64,000 bases of DNA from Takakia lepidozioides. Its lineage: Eukaryota > Plantae > Bryophyta. The stretch's first letter is position 1. Each line of letters starts with the position of its first letter. Position numbers and translations under genes: made by a program. The notes below the pieces were generated by a model. The model was not told the DNA's origin and ran no database searches. It saw only the letters and a program-made list of their open reading frames with translations. This document shows, in pieces, positions 27,767 to 41,008 of the stretch. Location of the stretch: the NCBI GenBank assembly GCA_030704615.1, contig CM060732.1, positions 29,326,001-29,390,000 on the forward strand, in the 5' to 3' direction.

Positions 27767-28775
27767 TGTCGCGCGGCTTTTACTCACCCATCCCTTCGCT
27801 ATCCGAGGCGGAAACTCCAAGATAGAAGAGTTGGAAATCTCTAAGTACTCAGCCCGCGCAGAACAATCAGTCATGACCTACAGCTAGTGTATCATGGGGG
27901 TGTTTCCTATGCGTTTCCCTTTTCGCATTCATCTTAGCTACCTTTGGCATTGATAATTAAGTATCAGTTTGCTTCATCAATCTATCGGTTTCCTTCACTC
28001 ATCCATTCAATCCACAACTTCTCTCAGATCTCTCTACACAGTGTGATTGTATCGTATAAGTATCAGATTATGATTTATCAGGTATCAGGCCGAAGTCATT
28101 ATGTCTCTAATCTGCTCTCCCTCAATATCACTACAGCTTTGCATATAACAGCATCTACTACATCCTCTTTCCTCCTCCTTCATCGTGCTCTCCATCTCTT
28201 GCCTCCGATCTCCGCTCCTGCCTGACTCCGAAGTCCCCCTCTCATTAATGATGATCATCCCCCTTCATTCCCCGTTTTCCCCTTTATCCTCCTATCCGCG
28301 GTTCTAACCGTTTCCCTCTCTAACCGTCGTATGTGAACTAACATTCCCTTCACAGGTGTTGTTCCCCACAGTCGTTCCCTGTCCTACTCTTCGTTCCCTA
28401 TTATCGTGACAGCTGTCAAGCGGTGACTGGCTGTGTTTGGCTGTGTCGGGCTGTGACTGGCTGTGTGCTGTGCCGGCTGTGACTGGCTGTGTGGGCTGTG
28501 TCTGCTGTGACGACTGTGACGGGCTGTGTCGGCTGTGTCGGCTGTGTGGGCTGGGTTGGGTGACGACTGTGACGGGCTGTGTTGGCTGTGTGGCCTGTGA
28601 CTGCTGTGTCGGCTGTGTGGGCTGTGACTGCTGTGTCGGCTTGTGTGGGCTATGTAACCCCCTCTACAGTGCGCTGCTGTCACCCCTAAGGCTCCTGTTG
28701 GTCTCAGTCTGTGCAAAATTAAGGGTACCCTACAGATCCCGTATAAGTGTCTAAGTCCCCTACAGTCCTCTAACA
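27767..28775 (-). repeat. 3' LTR (with internal GGCTGT(G/C) minisatellite ~28420-28650)
   Basis: Near-identical to 40014-41008; bordered on the inside by the polypurine tract. Confidence 0.95.
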
Positions 28776-28797
28776 TTACCCCTTCCCCCCTCAAAAA
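28776..28797 (-). promoter_or_regulatory. Polypurine tract (PPT)
   Basis: Minus strand TTTTTGAGGGGGGAAGGGGTAA immediately before the TG of the 3' LTR. Confidence 0.9.
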
Positions 28798-28806
28798 GCC
28801 GTGTCC

Positions 28807-31800
28807 TCACGGTTTACTGTTTCGAGTAGCAAACCTTTGTGAGTGAGCACCTTGTTGACGTTGAGAGTTTCGTGGTGGGCTGTGTGTACGAGCCCGAGGT
28901 CTGTCTCTGGTTGATGGAGATGGTTGATCACTACCTGGATAAGTGAGGCCTTCTGGAGGCTGATATCGAGGTAATCTTTCCGGCATAGGAGATCCCCTTT
29001 GTTTCTTCTCTTCCATCTGAATTGCATAGTCTTCTCCCATGTCAAAAGAATTGTGTGAAGAAACAGTTGTATCAGAATCCTCATCGCCTCTCAGGTGTTT
29101 TAATTTTCGAACTTTTTGTGGAATCATCTGGGGCATACAATGCTGTCCTACCATGTCTGGAAGTTTGTATTTTACAACTTGGTGTAACCGCTGAACAGCA
29201 AAATTGGTGTAGGCACTGAGCTCCTTGTCTGTCCAGATGAGTGGGGTACCAATTACTTACTGGTGCAGCGTGCAAGTACTTCCATGCCACATGTCCCTTA
29301 TAGAAAATGTCATCAAGTCCGAATTTCTGTGTTGACAATTGGTTGCAGGCTGCTTGAAACCATGAACGAATTTGAGAATCCTTGCTGCATCATAACTTTT
29401 GGGTCATATAGGTACATATGAGGTGGCACCGAAGGTAATACCCAATGATCTCCACTGGAGTAACTTTGAAAGCGTGTTTGCATCTTTTGTTGCTCAATGT
29501 GGTAACGTACCAGAAAACAAGCAGCGTAGTATAGCCCGCACCCCATGACAATACTTGCTATCTCCTTGGTCTTGGTATAAATGAGTCCATGTACAACCTG
29601 GAAAGCAACCAATTCCCTCCCTCAACATGGTACCTGCCTCGTGCCAGTATTGTGCAAAGTGATGATCTTCAATATGTCGATTGTTTGGAAGAACTTTAGT
29701 CCTAGTTGCCACTGGCAGCCAAATACGCATGATTTGGTAGTAATGTGCGAATGACTGCGGAGGACTAAATTCTTTCCAAGCCAAATCCAACATGATGGGA
29801 ATTTGGTTGAAGGGCATAAGCATAGCCCTACTGTACTCCCTTGCAGCTGGAGTTTTAGGTGGGTTAAAAGCGGCATTGCCCCATACCTCCGGCTGTGGTG
29901 GCTGTGGTGTGTTGTCTAGTAACCACAGGTTCAGCTATTGGTACAGTGACCTGTTGTGGTGGTGGTGGTACTGGCTCCTGTATCATTGGCATCTCCTGCA
30001 CCTCCTGTGAAGACTGAAAAGCCAGAGTTCTGGCTTGCAATAAGAAGCCATTAGCTGTTCTTGAGGGATATAGACTCTTTGGTCGATGTTTGAAGTGAGG
30101 TCTTCCACTTGAGTCTGGAGTCCGTCTACTCCATCCTCTTGTAACTCTGCTATCCTACTATAGACATTGTCTATAGTAGTTGTGGCAATGTTCTGCACCT
30201 GCAGTCTGAGCTCATTCATCTCGCTTTGGGTGAGCTTCCGTGGGCTTTTGCCCTCTACTGGCCCTTGTGCTAACCAGACCTGCATAAGGCTGTTATCCAC
30301 CAAGCTGCTTGTGGTTCCCCTGAGAGTTTGCTCTTCTCTTAGCTTGTACAATTCCAACTGCTGTTGTAAAGCCTCCATGCGCTTCGCCTGTGGCTCAACC
30401 AATTGCGCATAGGCAGCAAGTAGATTATTGGCTTCCTTCGAAGCCTTGTTACTGACCGCGATTTCATTTCTATTGGCCACGATGGTTTGTTGCAACTCCC
30501 ACGATGTGTTTCTCTTGATCAGCTTCCCTCTGCCTGTATTGCTTGAAGTATCTTCATGGCGACAGATTGTATTCTTCATATCGACAATGAGCTTCATTTG
30601 CTCAACATTCTCTTCTTCTGCCTTCGTACATTTTTCCGCTTGACTGTTTATTTCTTTTGCTGATTGGTCAAGCATAGTTGTAAATGTAGCATTGTATCGC
30701 CATCCTGTTATGCACTGTCTGCAACTCCGTATGTAGTGCATTCAGTTCTTGCAACTTGCTTTCATGCTGCACCTGCATTTGGTATAGCTGTTGCTTATGT
30801 GCTTCGTGCAACTGGTCTTGCGTGAGGTTTGCCTGCCTCAATCAATTGTTGCTTGGCCAGCCACTGCAAAGCCATTTCTGTATTGCCCAAGTCCTGCTTC
30901 ATCTTGAGAGTGACCTCTTCATCGACCTTGTTTGCACACTCAGTGGCAAGTCGAGCCTCAAACTCCTTCCTGAGTTCCTCTTTCAAGGCTGTCAATTGGG
31001 TAATTGGAACATGGGATTTGACATAAGTCCCCAACAAATTAAGTGTCCTGCCTATGGAACTCATCAGCATTGCCTGTTGAGGGTCATCATGGTGAGGTTG
31101 CTGCTGTCCCCTGTTCTCTCCCGATCTTCAACAATATGATGTCTCATAACCATTCAGTCTTGTCCACCGGATTTCTTCCTGAACTACTTCATCTATGACT
31201 GGTGTTACAGTGTCATGACCTTCCGCCTGTGGTACCTCCACACAGGTGTGTGCATTATATGCACCTCAGGATTTCCCTTGGGCAACTGTTGCACCTCTGG
31301 GATTTCTGTCTCCTTGACCAGACCAGAATATTCATAGAGAAGGTCCCCTTTCTCTATTTCTGCCACTATCTGCTCTGTAGTTGGAATTCTATCCCTTCAC
31401 TTTCCAAATCAATTATTTCGGGTTGAGCTGCATGGATAACTTGTGACCTTGTGACAAGTCGTTCAAGTGGCTGTGTTGGCTGTGATGCAGAAGTAACTTT
31501 CCTCCTCCCTCTCTGAAGGTCCTGCTTCCAGTAATAACATTCTTTTGTGCTGCTGTGCCCCTTCCTGGTCATGAGCTTGGGAAACATTATCATGCGGAAT
31601 CCGTGAAGCCAGTGGATCCGCCACTACAGTCTTTCCCCTTCTCTGCCTCTTAGTCTCGGGTTGTGCTGCTAGTCCACCCTCACTGTGTGAAGAGCCTTGC
31701 TCTTCCATTGCAGTTGTTTCTGGCTCAAACACTCCCATTTCCTTCCTTTCTTGTGCATTAAGTATGCCAGAATTAAGGATTATTTGAGCAATGATTGGGC

Positions 31801-32382
31801 CAGACACTATGATAGGAGACTTTGCGGTAGTACCTTGTAATCTTTTCATCTCCTCTACTAGTGCGTTGTACATAATGTCCGCCCATTGTACCTCTTGTCC
31901 CTTCAGGCCTTTGAGTATTTCCTCTGTGAAGGATCTGCTCAAATATTGTTGGTTCTGTTTCAGGGCAAACAGAACGTTCAATACCTGGCCTATCTCTTTT
32001 AACCCTGGGTACACAGCTTTGGTACAAGCATAACCCTGAGTTTTAAAGAAACTCCCTTCTTGGAATAAGTCCCCTATTTGCAGTCTTGCCCTGTGTTCCC
32101 CCACATGCACCTGACCTGCTGGCAATCGAAACAATTGCTGGAGGTATAGGGGAGTAAGCATTAATTCAACTCCCTTCACCGTTGTTGTTCCTGTCCTTGG
32201 CTCAAAGTTCTGCAAAATTGTAACATGTACTGTCTATGGTGTAGTGTCCAATCTAGACTTTGCAATCCTTCCAATCTCAGCTCCTCCAGTATCTTTATCG
32301 CCTGTGGGGTAGCCATCGTTTGTTTCTGCAGAATTGTGGTGCTCTTCACCCTGATTTCCTCCATTCCTCTCACTCTCTTCAT
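28807..32382 (-). pseudogene. Extra sense-strand ORF region downstream of pol (probably one long ORF broken by 1-bp indels); N-terminal plant-transposon-protein-like domain, coiled coil
   Basis: Overlapping frame-shifted ORFs 32176-33027 (from MKRVRG), 31463-32215 (QNFEPRTGTTTVKGVELMLTPLYLQQLFRLP), 30795-31070, 29983-30741 (heptad-rich), 29494-29823, 29313-29612, 28807-29154. Confidence 0.6.
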
Positions 32383-33092
32383 CTTAGACTCACAGAACTG
32401 CTTTGGCTGTAACAACTGCAGGAATGCCTGTAGTGCACAAAGCAAAAACGTATGGTTGCCGCAGAAAGCTATGGGTAATCTCTTGTAAGCCTGCGGGGCT
32501 TGCAAGCATTGTTCAAGAGAAAAGCTCTGCTCTTTCGTTTCGTGTCTATGCCATAGCGTATAGTCTGTTAGTTCCTCCATAGTTTCCAAGTTATAGCATT
32601 TATGGCCTGTCCTGTCGAGACGCCCGTTACTCAGAACGACGCCGCCTCTTGCGCCCAATTTTCTTCCATTTTCTTGATCATTTCTCTGGTTTTCTATTGG
32701 CTGTATTTGCTGTGACTGGATTTTAACTTTTATCTTCTTTAGTGGACTTTCCCTGTTGGATAGTCCACTAGGATCACACATGCGACATGAATTCAGCTTT
32801 TCTGTACTTGCCCTTCGTTCTGTTTCCCTTTTTCCGTATTCATTAATGGGCCCGCCTTTCATCCCATTTGACGGCCGTTCTTTTCCTCTTTCTTTTTGAC
32901 ACCTGTCCTTGCACTTCATTCTCTGCTGTGTGTCGCACCCTGACCTCCACGTGTCTATTTTTAAAGTAATTTCCGTTTCCTCTTCCGTCATCCATTTTCC
33001 TGAAGTTTTTATGTGTCCACTTGTCACTGATTCTATGGTTCGTGTAATTTTAGTAGGCTGTGTTGAGCTGTGACAGGCTGTGTCATACTGTG

Positions 33093-36000
33093 TTATCCTG
33101 TGATAGGCTGTGATGCACTGTGGTAAGCTGTGATAGGCTGTGACACGCTGTGGTATGTTGTTATAGGCTGTGTTGCGTCGTGATGGGCTGTGGTTGGCTG
33201 TGTCACGTCGTGATGGGCTGTGATAAGCTGTGTTGCGCCTTGGCGGGCTGTGATAGGCTGTGTCACGTTTGTTTTGCCCACCTGGTCGTATATGCTGGGC
33301 CTAGCAACTAGTGTTCCATACTCCGTTCGTAACACTGGTGCAGCCCGTGACTGCTCTTGCGGTTCAACATGCAAATCATGCTGCAGGGGTTTGTCATGGA
33401 TACCACTGTACCCCTTCAACTTATTTGCATTCACTCTTCCCAGCATTTCTTTGTTAATGGTTTGTAACATGGCGGTGTTGTTATCATACATCTTTTGTAT
33501 GACATAAGGTCCTTTCCACGGTGATTTGAGCTTAGAAGCTTGAATCTTTCCTTTCTTCTGCAACCATAGAACCAAATCCCCCGTCTTAAAAGTCTTTAAC
33601 TTGCCTTCATCAAACTGTTCCTTTCGCTTCATCTGAATTCTGGTCATATTATCAGCTGCATCAGCACGTACTTCTTCCACATGGTATAATTCATGTTTCC
33701 TGACCTTGATGGAGTCTTGCAATTCCATTCTTTTTCCCCACTCCGTTCTCATGGTAGGTAACATGAATTCCACTGGAAGTAAGGCTTCCATACCATAAAC
33801 TAATTGGAATGGTGTATACTTAGTTGTGACTTTATATGAAGTCCTGTATGACCACAAAGCTGTCAGCAGCTTTGTATCCCAATCCGTTCTGTTTGCATTG
33901 ACTATCTTAGCCAGATAGTACATAGTATTTTGTTGGTAGCCTCTGCCTGCCCATTACCCTGTGGGTAATATGTTGTACTCTTTCTATGCACAATCATAAA
34001 CTCTTTAGTCAACAACTCAATGGTCTCATTCATGAAGTGACTTCCTTGATCACTGATAAATTCTAAGGGACATCCAAATCGTGTAAGTATGTTCTCGTAC
34101 AGGAACCTTGCTGTGGACTTGGCTGTGTTGTCCCTCAAAGCTTTAGCTTCCACCCACTTTGTAGTATAATCAGTGGCTGTAATTATGTACCTGTTTCGTG
34201 TATTCTTGGATGGTGGATTAATTGGTCCAACAAAGTCTAGTCCCCATTTCTGAAATGGTTCCGTAGGCATTGTAGGATGCAAGGCCATTCTTCCAGATCT
34301 CTGCAAAGGTCCTAGCCTCTGACATTCATCACACTTCTGACAATACTCATGTACATCTTTGAACAAAGTAGGCCACCAGTATCCTGCGAGTAGTATCTTT
34401 CTACTGGTAGTCTCTTCTCCAAAATGACCTCCAGCCACTCCTTTATGAACTTCCTCCAAGACTTTATTTACTTCATGGTGGTACAAGCATCGTTTTAGTA
34501 CTCCATCAGGTCCTAACTTATACATTCTGGTTCCTACCATAGTATAAGGTAAAGCTCTGATAGCAATTCTCTTCCTCTGCTCCTTACCATAACTAGGTGG
34601 GCACTGACCATGAGCAAGGTAGTATCTGATTGGCCACTGCCAATCTAACCATTCATCTGCACTTCCTTGCACCTCCATTACAAATAAACTCGCATCAGGT
34701 AACTGATCGTCCACTCCTGTGGCGGCCTCTCCTGTTGTTAGTCGTGACAAATGATCTGCCACAAGATGCAAACGGCCAGGCTTGTAAATAACCTCGAACT
34801 CAAACTCATGCAAGATTATTAACCACCTCGCTATCCTTCCACTTATCAAAGGTTTGTTCACCAGATATATCAGAGCCTGGTGATCCACATAAAACATAAA
34901 CTTTCTTCCCAATAGGTAATGCCTGAATTTCTTGACTGCATAAATCATTGCCAATGCTTCTCTTTCCGTTGTACTATAGTTCCTCTCAGCACTGTTCATC
35001 AATCGGCTAGCATAGTACACAGGTGAATCTATATTTCCTGTAACATTCTGGGCTAACACCGCACCCAACGCTTCTCCTGATGCATCGCAGTGAACATGAA
35101 ATACTACATGCCAGTGAGGGTTAATCAGCACAGGTGTAGTTGTTACTGACAGTGTAAGTTCCTCAAACGCCTGTTGACATTCAGCTGTCCAGGCAAACAC
35201 TGCATCTTTCTTCAGAAGCTTGCTCAATGGTGCTGCTATTTGTGCATACCTTTTGACAAATCTTCTGTAATAACTGGTTTGCCCAAGGAATCTCCTTAAA
35301 CTCTTAACATTCACTGGTGGTGGAGAGACTTTAATGGACTCTGTCTTCCTGGGATCCACAAGAAGTCCCTTCTTACACACAATGTGTCCCAGAAGCACCC
35401 CTGAGTTCACACAGAAAGTACACTTCTCTGGATTCAAGCCCAGACCTCTCATCCTGCATCTGGCCAGGCATAACTCCAATTTATGCAAGTGCTTATTCTT
35501 AGAGCTGTACACACTGAAATCATCCAAAAACACCTGCATGAAATCATCCAGATACTCATGAAAAGATTCACTTATCACTCTCTGAAAGGTCGCTGGTGCA
35601 TTACAAAGTCCAAAGGGCATGACTTTGTATGCATAAGCCCCCCAGTCTGTGATGAAAGCTGTTTTCCCTTGGTCTTCTTCTGCCACTTGCACTTGATTAT
35701 AACCACTGAAGCCATCCATGAATGAGTACATCTCATGGCCTGCCACAGTGTCTAATACTGCTTCTGTGAATGGCAAAGGGAAAGGATCTTTCTTCGTACA
35801 AGCATTCAGCTTCTTATAGTTCACACATACTCTTAGCTTGCCATTCTTCTTTGGAACTATAACAATGGGTGACAACCAAGTTGTATACTCTATTGGGTAT
35901 ATAAACTTAGCCTCAGCCAACTTCTTTATCTCTTCTCCAACCTTCTGTGCGTAGTTGGGATTCATTCTATACCTCGCCTGTTTGATTGGTACTGACCCTG

Positions 36001-39000
36001 GTTCCAGTTCAATCTTATGCTGACAGACTTCAGGTGGTATCCCTTTTAGATCCTCATAGCTCCAAGCAAATACATCTCTGTATTTGATGAACAAGCTTTT
36101 AGCTTCTTCGAAGAATTCCGGCTCCAAATCAGCTCCTACTTTCACCATTCTCGGTTCCTCCTGAGTTCCCACATTTACTTCTCTCACCTGCTCATCAGCT
36201 GTGATTGTCCAACCAGTCACCACTTCATCCTTTAAGCTCACAGTGGCTGGTTCTTCTAGGATTTCTATCTCTCCCTCCTTTTCTTCATAGAAATGTGGTG
36301 GGTAACAGTTGGTTTCCTCTTCAATTGGTGTTGCCGACACTACACCACAGCAGATACCTCTTAAACAACTTAGGCTTTCCAGCCGCATCTCCGCAACCTG
36401 TTCCCATTCTGGGTGTGCAGCAAATAGGGTAGCTTCCTGCTCCTCATCCAGTCCTCCTCTCCAGTCATACTCTCTGACTCCTCGAGGTCTTCTTGTAGCA
36501 GGTAATCTATTAGATTTCTTTGTGGTAATTTGTATCTCGTGCATCCCATTATGCACAGTTAGTAACTGAGAATTCCAGTCATGGAATACCCTGGCCTGTT
36601 TCAGCCATGGACGTCCCAATAATAAGGAGTAAGCCTCCATGACTTCATCCATTTTTAATACAGTTACTGTGATCATAAAGATCATTTTCTGTATCTGTAT
36701 CTTAACTCCTCTTATTAATCCCAATGGCTGTACACTTCTTTGATCTGCCATTGTTACTGTAAATGGGGCTGGTTTCATGTTACTTAGACCAAGCTTCTTC
36801 CTTAATTGGTCTGTCATGATATTTACTCCAGAACCACCATCTATCAGTACATCAGTTAATTCTGTGCTTCCAATTCTCAATTGGATTACTGGCATAGAAT
36901 CATCAAAGTCCATGACTGGTTCTCGCCCTTCCGGTTTCACATTATAACTGGTCACCTTGTTGTTCAGGTCTGTGTTTCTTGTCTCTTGGGCAATTCGATT
37001 GATTGCCTGATACAGCCTGTGCCTACAATAAGGTGCCACAGCTAATAGCTGTCCAATGGTAATTTCTGCTTTGGTCTGACATATTACTGCAGCCAAAGTC
37101 TCTTCATTACTTTGCATGTCTGCATCTTTTTTTTTCCTTTCTTCCTCACTCCCTTCTTTTTCTCCATCCGAATCAGAGGAATCTGCCACAGGAATATCAG
37201 TACTCTTTTGCATTTCCCTTATAGTATCTGCCACTTCCTTGTGCAGTTCCTTCTCATCTTTCCAAGTCTCTTCATCTTCAGGCATATCATTGCCACTTCC
37301 ATTCTCATCTTCTTCCTCTTCTACTGGAGGTATTAGTTTGGCTTTACTTCTTGTTACTATCATTGTACTTACTTCTGGTACAACACATGGCCTAACCATG
37401 TGAGCTGCCACCACTGGGCCCTCATTCACAGGAGCTCTCATCTCATTCTGGTGTCTTATCCAGAATGAACAGGCTGCCTTGCGATGTCCTGGCTGATTAC
37501 AATAGTAACATAGCTCTTCACCATTGGGTCCTCGCCCTTGGTCTGTTCTTGGATTATTTCTATAATCCTGATTCCCGGGCTGGTAATTCCCCCTTGGGTT
37601 ACCCTGATAGTTGCCTCTGGAATTTCCTTGGTAATTCCCTCTTGAATTACCTCTCCCTTCCATGCCATTGTTATAACCACCAGACCTACCATAGTGGTCC
37701 TGATCATTATTTCTTCTTGGCTGGGGCTGCACCTGATGCACCCTTACTTGCCTAGGTTCTCTTGCAGCTGTCCTTCTGTTGTAGTAACAATTCTCAGTAG
37801 AATGGTTATCCATTTTACAGATAGTACAGTGTTTCTCCTTCATGTGGCATTCTGTGGTGGTATGGCCTTCATTCTGGCACTTTGCACACCATACACCCTT
37901 CCTCCAATGTGTTGCAGCCTCTGTGGCATACTTCTTCAAGATTTCTTCCAATTTTTTTCATAGTTATCCCTCTTCAACTTCTCCTTTCTCTTACTCTTTC
38001 TTTTTAGTTCTTGCTCTTCTTCTTCATCTGACTCATCCTCAGAGTCCTCATCTTCTTTTTTCTCTCTCCTGAGCATTCCCAATTGCTCAATTCTGTTCGC
38101 AGTTTCAAATGCCTCCTCCACTGTATTATGGGGTAACATATCCACTTTCTTTTGCAACTCTGGTCTTAATCCACTCACAAACCAAGTCTTCTGTAAACCG
38201 GGCGCTGGAACTGCAGCCAGCTTTTTCATCATCAATTCCATCTTCTCCATATACTCTTCAACAGTTTCATGCTTCTTCTGCTTCAGCTGTTGTAAACTTC
38301 CATACACTTCATCCTCAGTTTTACTTGTCCTGAACCTATTTCGAAATGCTGTATTCAAGCCATTCCAGGTTAGGAAATGATTATCAGGGAATCTTGCATA
38401 CCATTCACTTGCTTTTTTGATAAGTGAACAAGGAAACAGTCTCATCTTGGCATCATCGCCATTCTCATTGTTCACTATACACATGTGCTCAAATTGGCTA
38501 ATGTGTACATCGGGATCCCCTTTTCCTGAATATATTGGAAAGGGTGGTTTTGCCCGTGTTGGTTGTAACGCCATCTGTGGCCCTACCTTCTGCCCACTGG
38601 CAGGTGCTGGCACCCTTGCTGGTGCTGGTCCTTCTGGACCTGTTGTTTTTGTGGTGGATCTTCCACCAAGTGGTGGCCCTTGAGCACTCCTTGCTTCTGG
38701 TCCCACGATATTCACAGTATTCCCAGCTTCAGTTGCACTACTTCCCACACTCCCTGTCCCCCAGAGCCAGATCCAGGCAGCCCGCCTGATCCCCCTGAGC
38801 CGACACCTTCGTTGGCCTGTGATCCAAGTGCTCCACTTGATCCAGGTCCAACGGGTTGGGATGTCCTAGTTGTAGTCTCAACCTCAGCTGTTGGGTCTAC
38901 TTCTTCATATTCTTCCTCTTCTAATTTCTTCTCTCTGTTTTCATCCTCCAAGTTCTGCCCTTGGGTTTCTTCTTCACTCATGTAACTCAACTGTAATGGT

Positions 39001-39404
39001 GTTGGAGAGTCTGAACTCTCCGTTGGCTCTGCCACATCCTCTTCTCCTTCTTCATCTTCTGCTTCAGAAACTGGAGTTCCTGCTTTTGGTGTTCCATGCC
39101 AACTCTTATCAAAGATTTCTGTCAAGTCTTTTATCCAAGGATGTACCTCAGATCTTTCTCCTCGTGATTGATCTTCTTCCTGTACCAATTCCCTTAATCT
39201 TTCTTGCAAAGAAACAGAAGGAGTGGCATCCAACTCTAGTTCTTCCGGTATAGGTGATGCACTTTTTGATCTTGATGGTGTGAGAGGTCCAGATGATTCC
39301 CCTATGTCTATTCCTCTCTCCCAAAGATATGGATAATTAGCTTTCAGATAGCTTTCTCTTTTTGATGAATATCTTTGTCGTCTAGCTTCTCTTTCATCAC
39401 TCAT
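33093..39404 (-). CDS. Gag-Pol polyprotein (frameshifts near 38750, 37945, 33915)
   Basis: Gag capsid (YSGKGDPDVHI..FPCSL..ASEWY), CCHC knuckles (CAKCQNEGHTTTEC, CYYCNQPGHRKAAC), protease LIDGGSGVN, RT (MPFGLCNAPATFQR, VFLDDF), RNase H (CDAS), integrase (HFG..CDEC, WGLDFVG, SDQG, GQAE, WKGPY). Confidence 0.95.
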
Positions 39405-39425
39405 GTCCCATGTCTTTCATTTCTT

Positions 39426-40121
39426 TTAATGTGGCAATAACCAAAACTCTCTTCTGTAATATCTCTCGTATATGCCTGGGTTTCTTTCAAGCTTCAATGC
39501 ACCCTTGGCTATACTTGAAGTCTCCGTTACCATATAACCATATGGCAAACAAGTCTGAAAAGCTGTTCTTGGTGTGAGTTTGATCCACAAAATATCCTTT
39601 GGAATCCAATTCTTTACCAGTACAAGCTCTTCATGCATATGAGTATAAACATTCACCTTTCTTTCTTCCCAGCCTTCAAACTCTACTCGTTTAATGGATA
39701 GCAACGCTATCACATAAACTAATGTTGGTAACCAACGTGCTCTTCCTCTACAGGCTACCTGATAAATCTTTATCACTCCTTTCTCCAGACCCCATTCTGG
39801 ATCAGCATCATGCACTCGTTTGAGAATATTTTCTTTACATCCGTCTGGCAATTCCAAGAACCTTTGAAAGAATTGTTTGGACAATCTTTCTTCCTTCGTT
39901 CCACAGGGAATTTGATTCACTTCAAATTCTTTAATGGTCCAACCACCATGATCCCACCAGATGCCTGTCACATCTGGTTGTTCATGTCCCAGTTCCCCAG
40001 TATGGTCGCCAAATGTCGCGCGGCTTTTACTCACCCATCCCTTCGCTATCCGAGGCGGAAACTCCAAGATAGAAGAGTTGGAAATCTCTAAGTACTCAGC
40101 CCGCGCAGAACAATCAGTCAT
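39426..40121 (-). CDS. Extra ORF upstream of gag (231 aa), starting inside the 5' LTR; unknown function
   Basis: Uninterrupted ORF that crosses the LTR boundary and PBS and ends 21 nt before the gag ATG; contains F-box-like FLELPDGCKENILKRV. Confidence 0.5.
   Translation of the reverse strand: MTDCSARAEYLEISNSSILEFPPRIAKGWVSKSRATFGDHTGELGHEQPDVTGIWWDHGGWTIKEFEVNQIPCGTKEERLSKQFFQRFLELPDGCKENILKRVHDADPEWGLEKGVIKIYQVACRGRARWLPTLVYVIALLSIKRVEFEGWEERKVNVYTHMHEELVLVKNWIPKDILWIKLTPRTAFQTCLPYGYMVTETSSIAKGALKLERNPGIYERYYRREFWLLPH
39994..40011 (-). promoter_or_regulatory. Primer binding site (probably tRNA-Arg)
   Basis: Minus strand TGGCGACCATACTGGGGA 2 nt after the LTR's CA; resembles the tRNA-Arg-type PBS TGGCGACTCCGCTGGGGA. 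Confidence 0.75.
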
Positions 40122-41008
40122 GACCTACAGCTAGTGTATCATGGGGGTGTTTCCTATGCGTTTCCCTTTTCGCATTCATCTTAGCTACCTTTGGCATTGA
40201 TAATTAAGTATCAGTTTGCTTCATCAATCTATCGGTTTCCTTCACTCATCCATTCAATCCACAGCTTCTCTCAGATCTCTCTACACAGTGAAATTGTATC
40301 GTATAAGTATCAGATTATGATTTATCAGGTATCAGGCCGAAGTCATTATGTCTCTAATCTGCTCTCCCATATCACTACAGCTTTGCATATAACAAGCATC
40401 TACTCATCCTCTTTCCTCCTTCATCGTGCTCTCCATCTCTTGCCTCCGATCTCCGCTCCTGCCTGACTCCGAAGTCCCCCTCTCATTAATGATGATCATC
40501 CCCCTTCATTCCCCGTTTCTCCCTTTATCCTCATATCCGCGGTTCTAACCGTTTCCCTCTCTAACCGTCGTATGTGAACTAACATGTTCCCTTCACAGGT
40601 GTTGTTCCCCACAGTCGTTCCCTGTCCTACTCTTCGTTCCCTATTATCGTGACAGCTGTGTCAAGCGGTGACTGGCTGTGTTTGGCTGTGTCGGGCTGTG
40701 ACTGGCTGTGTGGCTGTGCCGGGCTGTGACTGGCTGTGTGGGCTGTGTCTGCTGTGACGACTGTGACGGGCTGTGTGGGCTGTGTCGGCTGTGTGGGCTG
40801 TGACGACTGTGACGGGCTGTGTGGGCTGTGACGGGCTGTGTTGGCTGTGTGGGCTGTGACTGCTGTGTCGGCTGTGTGGGCTATGTAACCCCCCTCTACA
40901 GTGCGCTGCTGTCACCCCTAAGGCTCCTGTTGGTCTCAGTCTGTGCAAAAATTAAGGGTACCCTACAGATCCCGTATAAGTGTCTAAGTCCCCTACAGTC
41001 CTCTAACA
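40014..41008 (-). repeat. 5' LTR
   Basis: TGTCGCGCGG...CTCTAACA on the + strand, matches 27767-28775, followed by TSD CACCT. Confidence 0.95.

Larger units (their letters stand above)
27767..41008 (-). mobile_element. Full-length Ty3/gypsy LTR retrotransposon (non-chromovirus type), ~13.2 kb
   Basis: Two ~1-kb LTRs (TG...CA), 5-bp TSD CACCT at 27762-27766 and 41009-41013, PBS, PPT, and gag-PR-RT-RH-INT domain order; no chromodomain. Confidence 0.97.
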
